From the IMG/VR virus record IMGVR_UViG_3300044723_007907, positions 15,657 to 79,656 of that record: a stretch of 64,000 nucleotides of DNA. One strand, given 5' to 3'. The position numbers and the translations under genes are program-made. Within the stretch, counting starts at the first letter, position 1, and each line of letters opens with the position of its first letter. This document shows, piece by piece, positions 1 to 9,300 of the stretch. This stretch comes from a virus. Lineage: Duplodnaviria > Caudoviricetes. The notes under the pieces were generated by a model. The model made no database searches. It had not been told where the DNA came from and worked only from the letters and a program-made list of their open reading frames with translations.

Positions 1-2
1 TT

Positions 3-1226
3 GACGTAAATCTAGCCACCTCGCTAGACTTTCAGATACATCTATCTGATTATATTGATTTGGTAACCGAGCTAGCAGATGAAGTGGCATTAAATATAAA
101 CTACTGGCATACTGACGCACATAGCGATCCAACGACTAGTAAAATAGAATTTTACAAACAGCTCAATGCCGGTAATTTTGATCTCAAGTCCTCAAAAGAC
201 GGTGTGACCAAGAGAGATGTAACTGACAAGCAACTGCTCAACAAGAATTATAGAGATCAACTACCAGATCAACTCAAGATAAAAACAGCATCTGGTAACA
301 AATATGATGAACCTAAACTAATCGGTGATGATCAAATAGAGGTACAAACAACAGTTACTACGCGAAAATGGACTGGCGATCCGGACATACAATCTGTAGG
401 TAAGTGGGAAATAGAAACAACCACAACTGACAGCAAACAGCCTGTAACACCGATATTAGATATTCAAAAAACACCACCAACAATTTCTTCCGCTTTTGGT
501 ATGAAAGATTTGTCTGCATGGTTCAAATTGTGGTGGATGGATAAATTCACAACAGCACACGATGTTGTGAAGCAGGATTTGATCGAGTTGTTAGGTGATG
601 ATAATGAATATTTTGTTAATTTTAGTGAGAGTGTTGGTCAGCTTAAAAATATAAATGATACATTCGATACAAGCACCTTACCGGTGTGGGACACAGAGGT
701 ACAAGCCTATGGATCTACATACTCAATACCCACAACAATCGCAGGAGTGGCTAAATATTGTACTCGCAGTGAATCCATTGCATTCAATGATCAGCTATCA
801 AAACATACCAACAAGATATTTCGTGTCAATGTAGCTAATATGATGGAGGATGCTAGCAGAGACGAGCTTGTCACCGGTGTTATGCCAAGCTTCTCAACAG
901 ATAGTCATGGTAATAATTTTGTCAATGATCAATTACATTTTGACAGAATGTATCAACAGGTTGAAGTGGTTGATGCCGCGATAAGAGAACACTTAAAGGG
1001 GTTGTATGATGTATTGATGTTGTTGAGTGATAGAGAAAATTATATGGTTGTCAACAAACCCAAACAAATCATGATGAAAGTAGAGGATTTCACATTAGCG
1101 GTAGATTTATTCAAGAACAGAATAAAATCATACGAATTGACGGATGATGATATAACGGTCAGTAGATACGGAAAACCGGCCGGATACACCAACAACAGTA
1201 CAAATGATAGCAATTTAGCGGTTTAA
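3..1226 (+). CDS. Hypothetical protein, 5'-truncated by the window edge
   Basis: The frame of ORF 60..1226 stays open back to position 3; no recognisable motif. Confidence 0.7.
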   Translation, partial: DVNLATSLDFQIHLSDYIDLVTELADEVALNINYWHTDAHSDPTTSKIEFYKQLNAGNFDLKSSKDGVTKRDVTDKQLLNKNYRDQLPDQLKIKTASGNKYDEPKLIGDDQIEVQTTVTTRKWTGDPDIQSVGKWEIETTTTDSKQPVTPILDIQKTPPTISSAFGMKDLSAWFKLWWMDKFTTAHDVVKQDLIELLGDDNEYFVNFSESVGQLKNINDTFDTSTLPVWDTEVQAYGSTYSIPTTIAGVAKYCTRSESIAFNDQLSKHTNKIFRVNVANMMEDASRDELVTGVMPSFSTDSHGNNFVNDQLHFDRMYQQVEVVDAAIREHLKGLYDVLMLLSDRENYMVVNKPKQIMMKVEDFTLAVDLFKNRIKSYELTDDDITVSRYGKPAGYTNNSTNDSNLAV

Positions 1227-1687
1227 TCACTATCAGAAATCTCCGCGTCAACATCAATCAAATCTCCAGAGTTGAACAATTGTTCCATGATCTCTTCTCT
1301 GGTGAATGTACTCTTTTCTTCTTTGCTATTAGCGAGAGCTTGCTTGGATTGTATGTCCATTGTTTTAACGGTGATCTGAGCATCAGCGCGCTGTTGCTGT
1401 ATCAGTATCTTGTTTAGCGCTTCAATCGCACCAGTACTTGCTTTGTACAGCTCAGCTAATGAATGTACGTCCTCTGGTTCTGGTGCACTAATTATATACT
1501 CTTTTATACTATCGATTGTCTGCATACTGTCTTGTATTAACCTGCCAGTGTTGTTCAAAACAAATTGCTCCAAATCTTTTTTATCAAGTACAAATGGTTC
1601 CTTTTGTACCTGTTTAGCCATCTTAGTAGAATCTTTGAGTTGTTCTAATAGTGACTTAACGTCTTGCTTGTCCATTTCTTCGTCCAT
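1223..1687 (-). CDS. Helical protein, possibly T4 gp16-like terminase small subunit
   Basis: 154 aa, helical; SAPEPEDVHSLAELYKASTGAIEALNKIL loosely resembles the gp16 HPRAYEV..QLIK region; preceded by a late motif. Confidence 0.35.
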   Translation of the reverse strand: MDEEMDKQDVKSLLEQLKDSTKMAKQVQKEPFVLDKKDLEQFVLNNTGRLIQDSMQTIDSIKEYIISAPEPEDVHSLAELYKASTGAIEALNKILIQQQRADAQITVKTMDIQSKQALANSKEEKSTFTREEIMEQLFNSGDLIDVDAEISDSD

Positions 1688-1694
1688 GTAATTA

Positions 1695-1702
1695 TATTTA
1701 TA
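1695..1702 (-). promoter_or_regulatory. T4-type late promoter TATAAATA
   Basis: Exact T4 gp55 consensus, 7 nt before the ATG at 1687. Confidence 0.7.
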
Positions 1703-1710
1703 ATAAGTTG

Positions 1711-1739
1711 TTGAAAAACAAAGACTGATATATTATAAT
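1711..1739 (+). promoter_or_regulatory. Sigma70-type promoter TTGAAA-N17-TATAAT
   Basis: Consensus spacing; predicted +1 falls on the A of ATG 1746. Confidence 0.7.
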
Positions 1740-1745
1740 AAAAAT

Positions 1746-1895
1746 ATGATAACTGTAGAAGTACAAGGCCATGGATCATTTGTTATACATAATGACAAAT
1801 TAAACGATTTGTTGAGCTGGTTAAGATCGAATTCGATGCCAGTGGAGGTTAATGTTCGTCCTCTGAGAGATGATGAAACGTTATTAAACGGATGA
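1746..1895 (+). CDS. Small hypothetical protein, 49 aa (MITVEVQGHGSFVIHNDKLNDLLSWLRSN...), missing from the ORF track
   Basis: Read by hand; directly after the sigma70 promoter; stop overlaps the dUTPase start (ATGA). Confidence 0.7.
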   Translation: MITVEVQGHGSFVIHNDKLNDLLSWLRSNSMPVEVNVRPLRDDETLLNG

Positions 1896-2329
1896 TTGTA
1901 AAACTTAAAAAAACACATCAAGACGCTGTGCTACCGACAGCAAACAACAAAGAACTTGAGACTGGTGATACTGGATTCGATCTAGTAGCAGTTGAGGATA
2001 GATATGTCGATTCGCGTGGTTCATCAGTAGTACCTGTAGGTTTAACGCTAGCGGATATCACTCCAGGTTACTGGATCCGGATCGAACCTAGAAGTGGTCT
2101 AGGATTCAAACATAACATTCAACCACATCTAGGTGTTATTGATAATGGTTATAGGGGTGATTTGGGTGTCAAGTTGTACAATTTCAGTGATGTGGGCTAC
2201 CATGTTAACAAAGGTGACAAGATAGCTCAGCTAGTTGTTTACGAATTGATCCAACCGGTGTTCGAATTTGTTGATCAAGTTACAGACACATCCCGCGGGG
2301 AACGAGGATTTGGTTCCTCTGGCGTGTAA
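1892..2329 (+). CDS. dut: Trimeric dUTPase
   Basis: All five motifs: GDTGFDL, EPRSGL, GVIDNGYRGDL, KIAQLV, RGERGFGSSG. Confidence 0.97.
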   Translation: MIVKLKKTHQDAVLPTANNKELETGDTGFDLVAVEDRYVDSRGSSVVPVGLTLADITPGYWIRIEPRSGLGFKHNIQPHLGVIDNGYRGDLGVKLYNFSDVGYHVNKGDKIAQLVVYELIQPVFEFVDQVTDTSRGERGFGSSGV

Positions 2330-2333
2330 TTAT

Positions 2334-3257
2334 ATGTTTGATAATCTTTGGATTGAGAAATATCGACCGACTAAATTAGTCGATATAATTCTAAGCGATT
2401 CGAATCGCCGTGTATTAACTAAATTCGATGAGCAAAAAGAGATACCCAATCTTTTGTTTGTGGGTCATGCTGGTATCGGCAAGACAAGTTTAGCTAAATT
2501 GCTTTGTAAAGATGTATTACAATGTCAATACTTGTATATAAATGCGAGTGATGAAAATGGTATTGATACAATACGGACCAAGGTTACCAATTTTGCTAGG
2601 ACTAAGAGTTTTGACGGTAAAATTAAGTGTATCATACTAGATGAAACAGATGGGCTGAGTTTGGATGCTCAGAGAGCGTTGAGAAACACCATGGAGGAAC
2701 ACTCCTCAATCACTAGATTCATACTCACAGCAAACTATAAACATAGAATAATACCACCTCTACTGAGTCGCTGTCAGTCTTTGGATCTGACACCTCCACC
2801 GGATTTGTGCATTGATAGGATCAAGAAAATATTAGAGCTTGAGCAGATTGAAGTGTCTGAATTTGAAAAGCTACACACTTATGTTAAGACATGCTTACCT
2901 GATTTGAGAAGATGTATAAATGAAATACAAAAAAATACACATCAAGGTAAGTTGTTTTTAAATGAACTAGTCAAGGTCAAGGATGCATTTGTAGAGAGTT
3001 TATATAATATCACGCGTCAAGGTTTGGCGATAAAGGCTCGGAAGAAGGTCATTGAAAATGAACATGTGTTCGGTGGTGATTATAATGAGTTACTTAGATC
3101 CTTGTTTAATTATGTAGATGAGGCCCCTGGTGTGAACGATTTAAAGAAATCTGAACACATGTTGATAGTGTCGGAGCATATATATAGATCCGCGTTTGTC
3201 GCAGATCCTGAAATTAACTTTTATAGTTGTTTGTTAACTTTATCTACCAACAAGTGA
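2334..3257 (+). CDS. gp44: Sliding-clamp loader AAA+ subunit (T4 gp44 / RFC small subunit)
   Basis: WIEKYRP, Walker A GHAGIGKTS, Walker B ILDETD, SRC motif; start reassigned to ATG 2334. Confidence 0.93.
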   Translation: MFDNLWIEKYRPTKLVDIILSDSNRRVLTKFDEQKEIPNLLFVGHAGIGKTSLAKLLCKDVLQCQYLYINASDENGIDTIRTKVTNFARTKSFDGKIKCIILDETDGLSLDAQRALRNTMEEHSSITRFILTANYKHRIIPPLLSRCQSLDLTPPPDLCIDRIKKILELEQIEVSEFEKLHTYVKTCLPDLRRCINEIQKNTHQGKLFLNELVKVKDAFVESLYNITRQGLAIKARKKVIENEHVFGGDYNELLRSLFNYVDEAPGVNDLKKSEHMLIVSEHIYRSAFVADPEINFYSCLLTLSTNK

Positions 3258-3422
3258 TTTTAAAAATCTACCAACAGCGCTAAACGCTCTGCAGATACAG
3301 ATCTTAGACATGCAACATTGTTTTTGCTCACAGCATGCTTGTTTCTGAGGTTTCTCCTCAACACGTTTTTTTCTAGGACGACCACGTGGTCTCTTAGGTT
3401 TGGTTGTTTTTTTCTCTGGCAT
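3240..3422 (-). CDS. Small basic protein with AT-hook (PRGRPRK) and six Cys
   Basis: KPKRPRGRPRKKR and CCEQKQCCMSKICIC; ATG 3 nt after the stop of the upstream gene. Confidence 0.65.
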   Translation of the reverse strand: MPEKKTTKPKRPRGRPRKKRVEEKPQKQACCEQKQCCMSKICICRAFSAVGRFLKSLVGR

Positions 3423-3425
3423 AAA

Positions 3426-4001
3426 TTACGATAGGTATTTAGCGGTGTAAGATTTTGCTCCAGTTGCTCCCGGTAGCTTAGTGTTCGTATCCGTCATCGA
3501 TCTATTCACTTTATCATCTGTACCTGTCTGTGACTGCGGATCTGTCATTAAATCACTCTCAGCTTCTGATGTATCCTCACCTGTTAGTTTTTTAGGTTTG
3601 AGATCTACTTGATCATCCCTCTTCATCGACTCCGGCACTTCCGGTGGACCGTCATTGGCACCATTAAGCTCGACAAGCTGTTGAGGCACAGTAACAAAAT
3701 GTCCGTTCCAGTACCCTGGTGCAGTCTCCTGAGCTATATCTAAATAAAAACCATCCACTCCTAGTGCTTGATCAACACTGGAATTAACTGTAGGTCGGAT
3801 CGGCTTCACGCTACTAACACGTAAAACTAAGTCTGACCCTGCTAATTCTTTGAGTTTCTCAATAACCTGAGCTGGTGCGCTTTTGCACCAATCATCCGCT
3901 TCCCAACTCTCTTTAAACTTGATAATATCACCTGTCAAGAAGCCTCCGCCCTGAAAACGTGTGAAATTACTCTCAAATATTGTGTCAAATCTACTAGTCA
4001 T
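3426..4001 (-). CDS. Hypothetical late protein with acidic tail
   Basis: 191 aa ORF; TAAATA 6 nt before the ATG. Confidence 0.75.
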   Translation of the reverse strand: MTSRFDTIFESNFTRFQGGGFLTGDIIKFKESWEADDWCKSAPAQVIEKLKELAGSDLVLRVSSVKPIRPTVNSSVDQALGVDGFYLDIAQETAPGYWNGHFVTVPQQLVELNGANDGPPEVPESMKRDDQVDLKPKKLTGEDTSEAESDLMTDPQSQTGTDDKVNRSMTDTNTKLPGATGAKSYTAKYLS

Positions 4002-4042
4002 CGTAATTATTTATTATTCACCCGCTCATTTCCAACCTACAA

Positions 4043-4050
4043 TATAAATA
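4043..4050 (+). promoter_or_regulatory. T4-type late promoter TATAAATA for the baseplate operon
   Basis: Exact consensus 7 nt before ATG 4058; a divergent TAAATA lies at 4008-4013 on the minus strand. Confidence 0.7.
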
Positions 4051-4057
4051 ATTATGT

Positions 4058-4546
4058 ATGTCTATAAACATTAAAAAAATTGCTGCAGCAAAAAAACCTG
4101 AAGGTAACGGAATAAAATACCGGGATTTATACTTGGATCTATCAGAAAACACTAAACCATCAACTAAAACATTATTCAGTAAATCGACACGTACAGATTT
4201 ACATGCATCAGTTGATGAAGGAGCTGTTGTGAACAGTCTATCTAACTTGTTCAACACGGTACCTGGGCAAAAGATATTGAATCCAGGTTTTGGTATCAAT
4301 CTAACTCAATGGTTGTTCGAACCAGTAAATGAATTCACAGCACGTGAGATAGGTGAAGCTATACAAAATGGTATAACACGATTCGAGCCCAGAGTTAGGC
4401 TCAATCAAGTGTCAGTAATTTCAGATCCGGAAAACAATCAGTACATAATCAAGCTAGCCATACAGATCCCTAGCTTAAATATAAGTAAGACGTATGACGC
4501 CGCACTCGGTCAGTACGGATTTGACTTTTTAACAGAAAATGAGTAA
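4058..4546 (+). CDS. gp25: Baseplate wedge subunit, gp25-like
   Basis: PGQKILNPGFGINL..WLFEP...I...I.RFEPRV gp25/GPW signature; lies upstream of gp6. Confidence 0.9.
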   Translation: MSINIKKIAAAKKPEGNGIKYRDLYLDLSENTKPSTKTLFSKSTRTDLHASVDEGAVVNSLSNLFNTVPGQKILNPGFGINLTQWLFEPVNEFTAREIGEAIQNGITRFEPRVRLNQVSVISDPENNQYIIKLAIQIPSLNISKTYDAALGQYGFDFLTENE

Positions 4547-6347
4547 ACACCTAACAGATTATAATTTACCGGAGACAGCATATACAACATTTGATGCACA
4601 GAGTCTCAAATCGCTGATAATACAACGACTTAATGAGCAGGGAACGTTCACAGATCAGATATACGAGGGTAGCAATCTATCATCATTTATTGATGTGATT
4701 GCATATAGTTATCATGTGTTGTTGTTTTATTTAAATCAAACAGCAAGTGAGAGTGTGTTCACAGAGTCAACGATATATGAAAATGTAAACAGAATTGTAA
4801 AGTTATTGAACTACAATCCACTAGGGTATCAAACAAGCACATTATCGTTCACCGTCAATGCCACTGAAGACCTCGTTCCCGGTACATACACAATACCGAG
4901 ATACACATTCGTTAATAACAACAGCATCGTGTACTCTATCAATAAAGATATATCTTTCACAAAATACACAACCGGAAGTGAATTGATAAGTGTGATAGGT
5001 GACAATCATTTGATGTATCAAGGAAGATGGGTTGAGAGTGTACCGGTTGAAGCGACCGGGTCAAACTTTGAAATTGTAGCGTTAGCACTCAATGGACAAG
5101 ACAAACATATCGACCACTTCAATGTGCATGTGTACGTTAAACATAAAGACACAGACAAATATTACGAGTATAAAGAAACACCATCATTATATCTGTATAA
5201 ATCCGAGGATCTAGTTTTTGAAAAAAGGTTGAGTGAAGATTTATCATACGAGATAAAATTCGGTAATAACATCAACGGAAGGAGATTAGAGCCTGGAGAT
5301 GAAATACAAGTTTATTATTTAGAATCTGCCGGAGATGAAGGTATTGTTGGATCTAACTTTTTGGATGACAGTAAATTTGTTATAGAGGGTACAACAAAAT
5401 TCAACACCATAATGTCAGATGTTAGACCGGAAAACATAAAATACATCACACTTGACAACATCGAGATGTTACAGTTGACAAATGATACACCTAGCACCAA
5501 TCCGCAAGATAGAGAATCAATTGACGAAATAAAACAAAAAGCGCCCGTACATTACATCAGTCAAGACCGACTCGTGACTCTTGTGGATTTCAACACACAT
5601 GTTGCGAAAAACTTTGACAGAATATTGACATCATCATTAGCTGTTGATAACAAAACATTTTTGGATGGTCACTTCAAATATTTATTAGAGGATGTGGGAT
5701 TGAACAACCCGATGACCGAGAGTCGTATCATGACAAATCATCTAGATTATGCATCACCATATACTGGTAACAACATATATATTTATGCGGTACCGAAAAT
5801 CACACAAAGTACATCGCTACAGCCCATGACCTCGTTCTTGAATCCAGCTCAAAAGAGTTTGATGTTGGATGATATACGCAGATTGATGATGGTATCACAT
5901 CAACCTATAATTATGGATCCAGTGTACATGGCTGTCAACATAGCAACACGAGATGCGACTGAGCAAGAGATTGTTGATCATGTTGACAACACATACGTGG
6001 AAATTAAACGTGAATCTAGTGTAACGCGTGATGACTCTGCAATAATTGATCAGTTCACACAAGTGATTGTGAATTTTTTCTCAAATGCAAATGTTAGTTT
6101 AGGTCAAAAAATAGAGATAACAGAATTGAGTCAACAGTTGTTAAGCGTCGAGGGGGTTGATGAGATTACAACTGTACGATCAGACACTGGACAACGTACC
6201 GCTGGCTTGAGTTTATGTATTTGGAATCCGGTATATGTTGATGAAGATGTAACAATCACAACACAAAACTTAAAGTTACCATATTATAAATATCCTTATT
6301 TAAACGACTCGTTTGGTTTATCTGATAAAATACGAGTTGTTAGTTAA
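4539..6347 (+). CDS. gp6: Baseplate wedge subunit, gp6-like
   Basis: DQIYEGSNLSSFIDVIAY, LLNYNP, YEIKFGN..NG, ESIDEIKQKAP...QDRLVT; gp25-gp6 gene order. Confidence 0.88.
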   Translation: MSKHLTDYNLPETAYTTFDAQSLKSLIIQRLNEQGTFTDQIYEGSNLSSFIDVIAYSYHVLLFYLNQTASESVFTESTIYENVNRIVKLLNYNPLGYQTSTLSFTVNATEDLVPGTYTIPRYTFVNNNSIVYSINKDISFTKYTTGSELISVIGDNHLMYQGRWVESVPVEATGSNFEIVALALNGQDKHIDHFNVHVYVKHKDTDKYYEYKETPSLYLYKSEDLVFEKRLSEDLSYEIKFGNNINGRRLEPGDEIQVYYLESAGDEGIVGSNFLDDSKFVIEGTTKFNTIMSDVRPENIKYITLDNIEMLQLTNDTPSTNPQDRESIDEIKQKAPVHYISQDRLVTLVDFNTHVAKNFDRILTSSLAVDNKTFLDGHFKYLLEDVGLNNPMTESRIMTNHLDYASPYTGNNIYIYAVPKITQSTSLQPMTSFLNPAQKSLMLDDIRRLMMVSHQPIIMDPVYMAVNIATRDATEQEIVDHVDNTYVEIKRESSVTRDDSAIIDQFTQVIVNFFSNANVSLGQKIEITELSQQLLSVEGVDEITTVRSDTGQRTAGLSLCIWNPVYVDEDVTITTQNLKLPYYKYPYLNDSFGLSDKIRVVS

Positions 6348-6349
6348 TC

Positions 6350-9300
6350 ATGGCCACTTATGAACAACTTGTAGGCTCGAGCTTCACTGATGTTGTTGTA
6401 CCATTCCGTTCGGACAACAGTTTAGGTAGCATAGACACATGCACAACATTATTAACTGGTTACACTCTACCTGATACTGAATTTACATTCACAGCAGAAT
6501 TATCCGCACTAGAAAACACATACATAGGTGCCAGCATGGACAAGCTAATTTGGGACATGGGAGATGGTACATACCACACCGGTGTGAGCGTGACAAAACA
6601 TTATCCATATCCAGGTGAATATGATGTGACAACGATTTTTACTGATCAAAATGGTGTGACGCACAAAAACAGATTGACACAGAAGATACGTGTGATGAAT
6701 TATATACCTGATAGTTTGGTATGGTACACACCAACTATAGCTGATCCATTCGGTGGTCAGCCTGAGCGAGTTGTTTGTGGATCACCTAGTAACGATCTAT
6801 CGATCTATCGTATGAACAGCTGGCAAAGCTGGCATATGGTGAGTGGTGATGGTGGTTATTTTATAAATTTATACGCTACTGGAAGCAAGAGCCGCCCACT
6901 GACAAAAAAACAATACGGATCAAACCCGGACACACACTTCATTCCCAGCTGGAGATTCATTCAAGGTAAAGAGAGCCGCAAACCAATCGAAAGAGTACAA
7001 ACTGCGAATGAATTCATATACGTCAAGCGTGAAGGTACGGATCTAGTTAGAGCGTCAAGTGAAGACAGCACTGCTATTTTCGCGGGAACTTCTGGTCATA
7101 CTACGGTAAATTACATTGATGATAATCCTAATAGATTGACGAGCGCGAGAAGCACACAGCTCAGCAACAACGTAGCAGCAGCCACTCAAGCCAACACAAA
7201 TATATCTGAAGAGGAAGCTGTACTCGCGAATTTAGGTTCAGAGGATAGAGACATAATTCTATATGCATCTTTTGATACATCCAAATTTCCAGTGGTACCA
7301 GGAGACACTGAAATAGCTAAATTTGAGCTGATGAAGTCGAACTACTTTCAAGTGTACGAAACACAAAAAGTTGGGCTTCCGATGCAGGTAAAATTCAACA
7401 ACCCAAGACAATTATCAATAACATCCACTGGTATACATGAACCAGGATTCTTTTTGACCGGGAAGAAATTTTTCAACTCACCACAACCGCTCGCGGTTCG
7501 CACCATGGACTTGAGCGGCAACACTATAAACACTGATGAGATTGTACCGTTGTCATCACGTTGGTATGCGCCTACTGAGTCATTCTCCGGTGGTGATATA
7601 ACAACAGATGTATTAACAGCTCAAGGTTTTGTTACCATGTACCTGAGTGGTAATGATAGTACATTCGAGCAAATAAAATCACCATACAAGAGTGATGAGG
7701 ATTTCAAGGTGTGGGACATTGGTTCTATTGTTGCAAAGAATGAATCAAACAAACAGGTTCGTGTCTGGTTAGCGGATCGTAAGACATTGGAGCCCTTGAC
7801 ATTTGTTGTGGATGAAACACCTAGAAACAAAATGGTGTCCGTATTGTATAGTGAGATCGTTCCGGAACAGCAAGAAACCCTCAAAACCACCACCCTGTCA
7901 GATCATTTATATCCTCATGGCCGACCAAGAGATTGGACAACCCGCTCTGGTGAACAGTACTTTGGTTATCTAACAACAACATCAAACTTTGACGATACAC
8001 AATCTATCAACATGCAGTTAGAACCAGCTGATACAACTTTTGAAACACCTGGTAGTTGGCTTACTTTTGCAAATCTAGAGCAACCAGATTTAAAATACAA
8101 TTACGACAAAACTAAATATCGCTTCTATGCACACACATTGATCAAACCACCAGAAACGTTCACATACGACGTGGCTTATTATTATATAACCAACCCGTCG
8201 AATGATCGACTGTGGCAAATAAAGCCTGTGTTCCATAGAGAATATAGCTATGGTGATGATGGCTTCACACAATCTTACACTCCACCTGTCTCCACACTCA
8301 CACCTGGTAGTAGCGGGTTGTACGGAGTCGCGGTGGATCACTATGGTGATGTGATCGCTGTTGATGGTGACACCGATCAGATCATAAGATACTGGAGAAA
8401 CGGTACCAACAGATCAGATGTGTCGTTATCGGATATATTACCAGATGAAATAACAGAAAATCATTGGCCTAAGGATCCGGATGCATATGGTTACACGCCT
8501 AGCAGTGTATCTCTAGATGGAAAAATGGACTATTGGGTCACGTTGTATGATACCGTCTCTACAGTGAAGTTTGACGGCACAACAAATCTACCAATCGCGT
8601 ACGCTGTGCCTCCAGTTGTTAATTTTCTAGCTGATTCACGCACAACACAACCATCATCACACTGGACGATAGAACCAGAGTATCAGATGAACATTGTGAA
8701 TGGCCGGCCAGGGGAGTATGGAGAGAGTATAATCAACCCATCAGTTGTTGAGACTTGTAAGAACAATGACATTGTTGTTACATACACAAACCCTCTCTGT
8801 AGCTTCATCGCGAGGTATGATAGTAATGGTAATTTTCTACACAAATTCGAATTCCCGGGAGAGGATAGATACTTCACCGGTGATCTCTGCGTTGATGTTA
8901 GTGATCATGTATGGGCTATAACTGAAGGTACTGGATTAACTTACGATGGTCAACCAGATGATCAAGTGATCAGCATGTTGTATAGTTTTGATGAGAGTTT
9001 ATCGCTACGCTTTGTTGTTAGCTCACTGGAAGGTACAGACTTTCAAGACATGTTGAAACCCGCACCACCAAGACATGAAGAGATAACAATTGTTGTTAAT
9101 ATGGAACAAAAGTATGATTTTGGCAGACAGGAGTTTTACGAGACGGCGATACTTATCGATGGACTTGGCGCCGAGACCAATCCGCAAATAACATTATATG
9201 AGGGTAACACGTATCATTTCGAGAATCAGTACTATAATAACGGTAAGCATAATCTGAGATTTCAATACATGTTAGATGAAAATTTAACACTGCCTCTGAG

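Noticed and set aside
1892-3257. Eukaryotic giant-virus origin (RFC-like subunit, dUTPase, glycosylation genes)
   Set aside because: T4-type portal and baseplate, tmRNA, Tat/Sec/lipobox signals and sigma70 promoters show a bacteriophage
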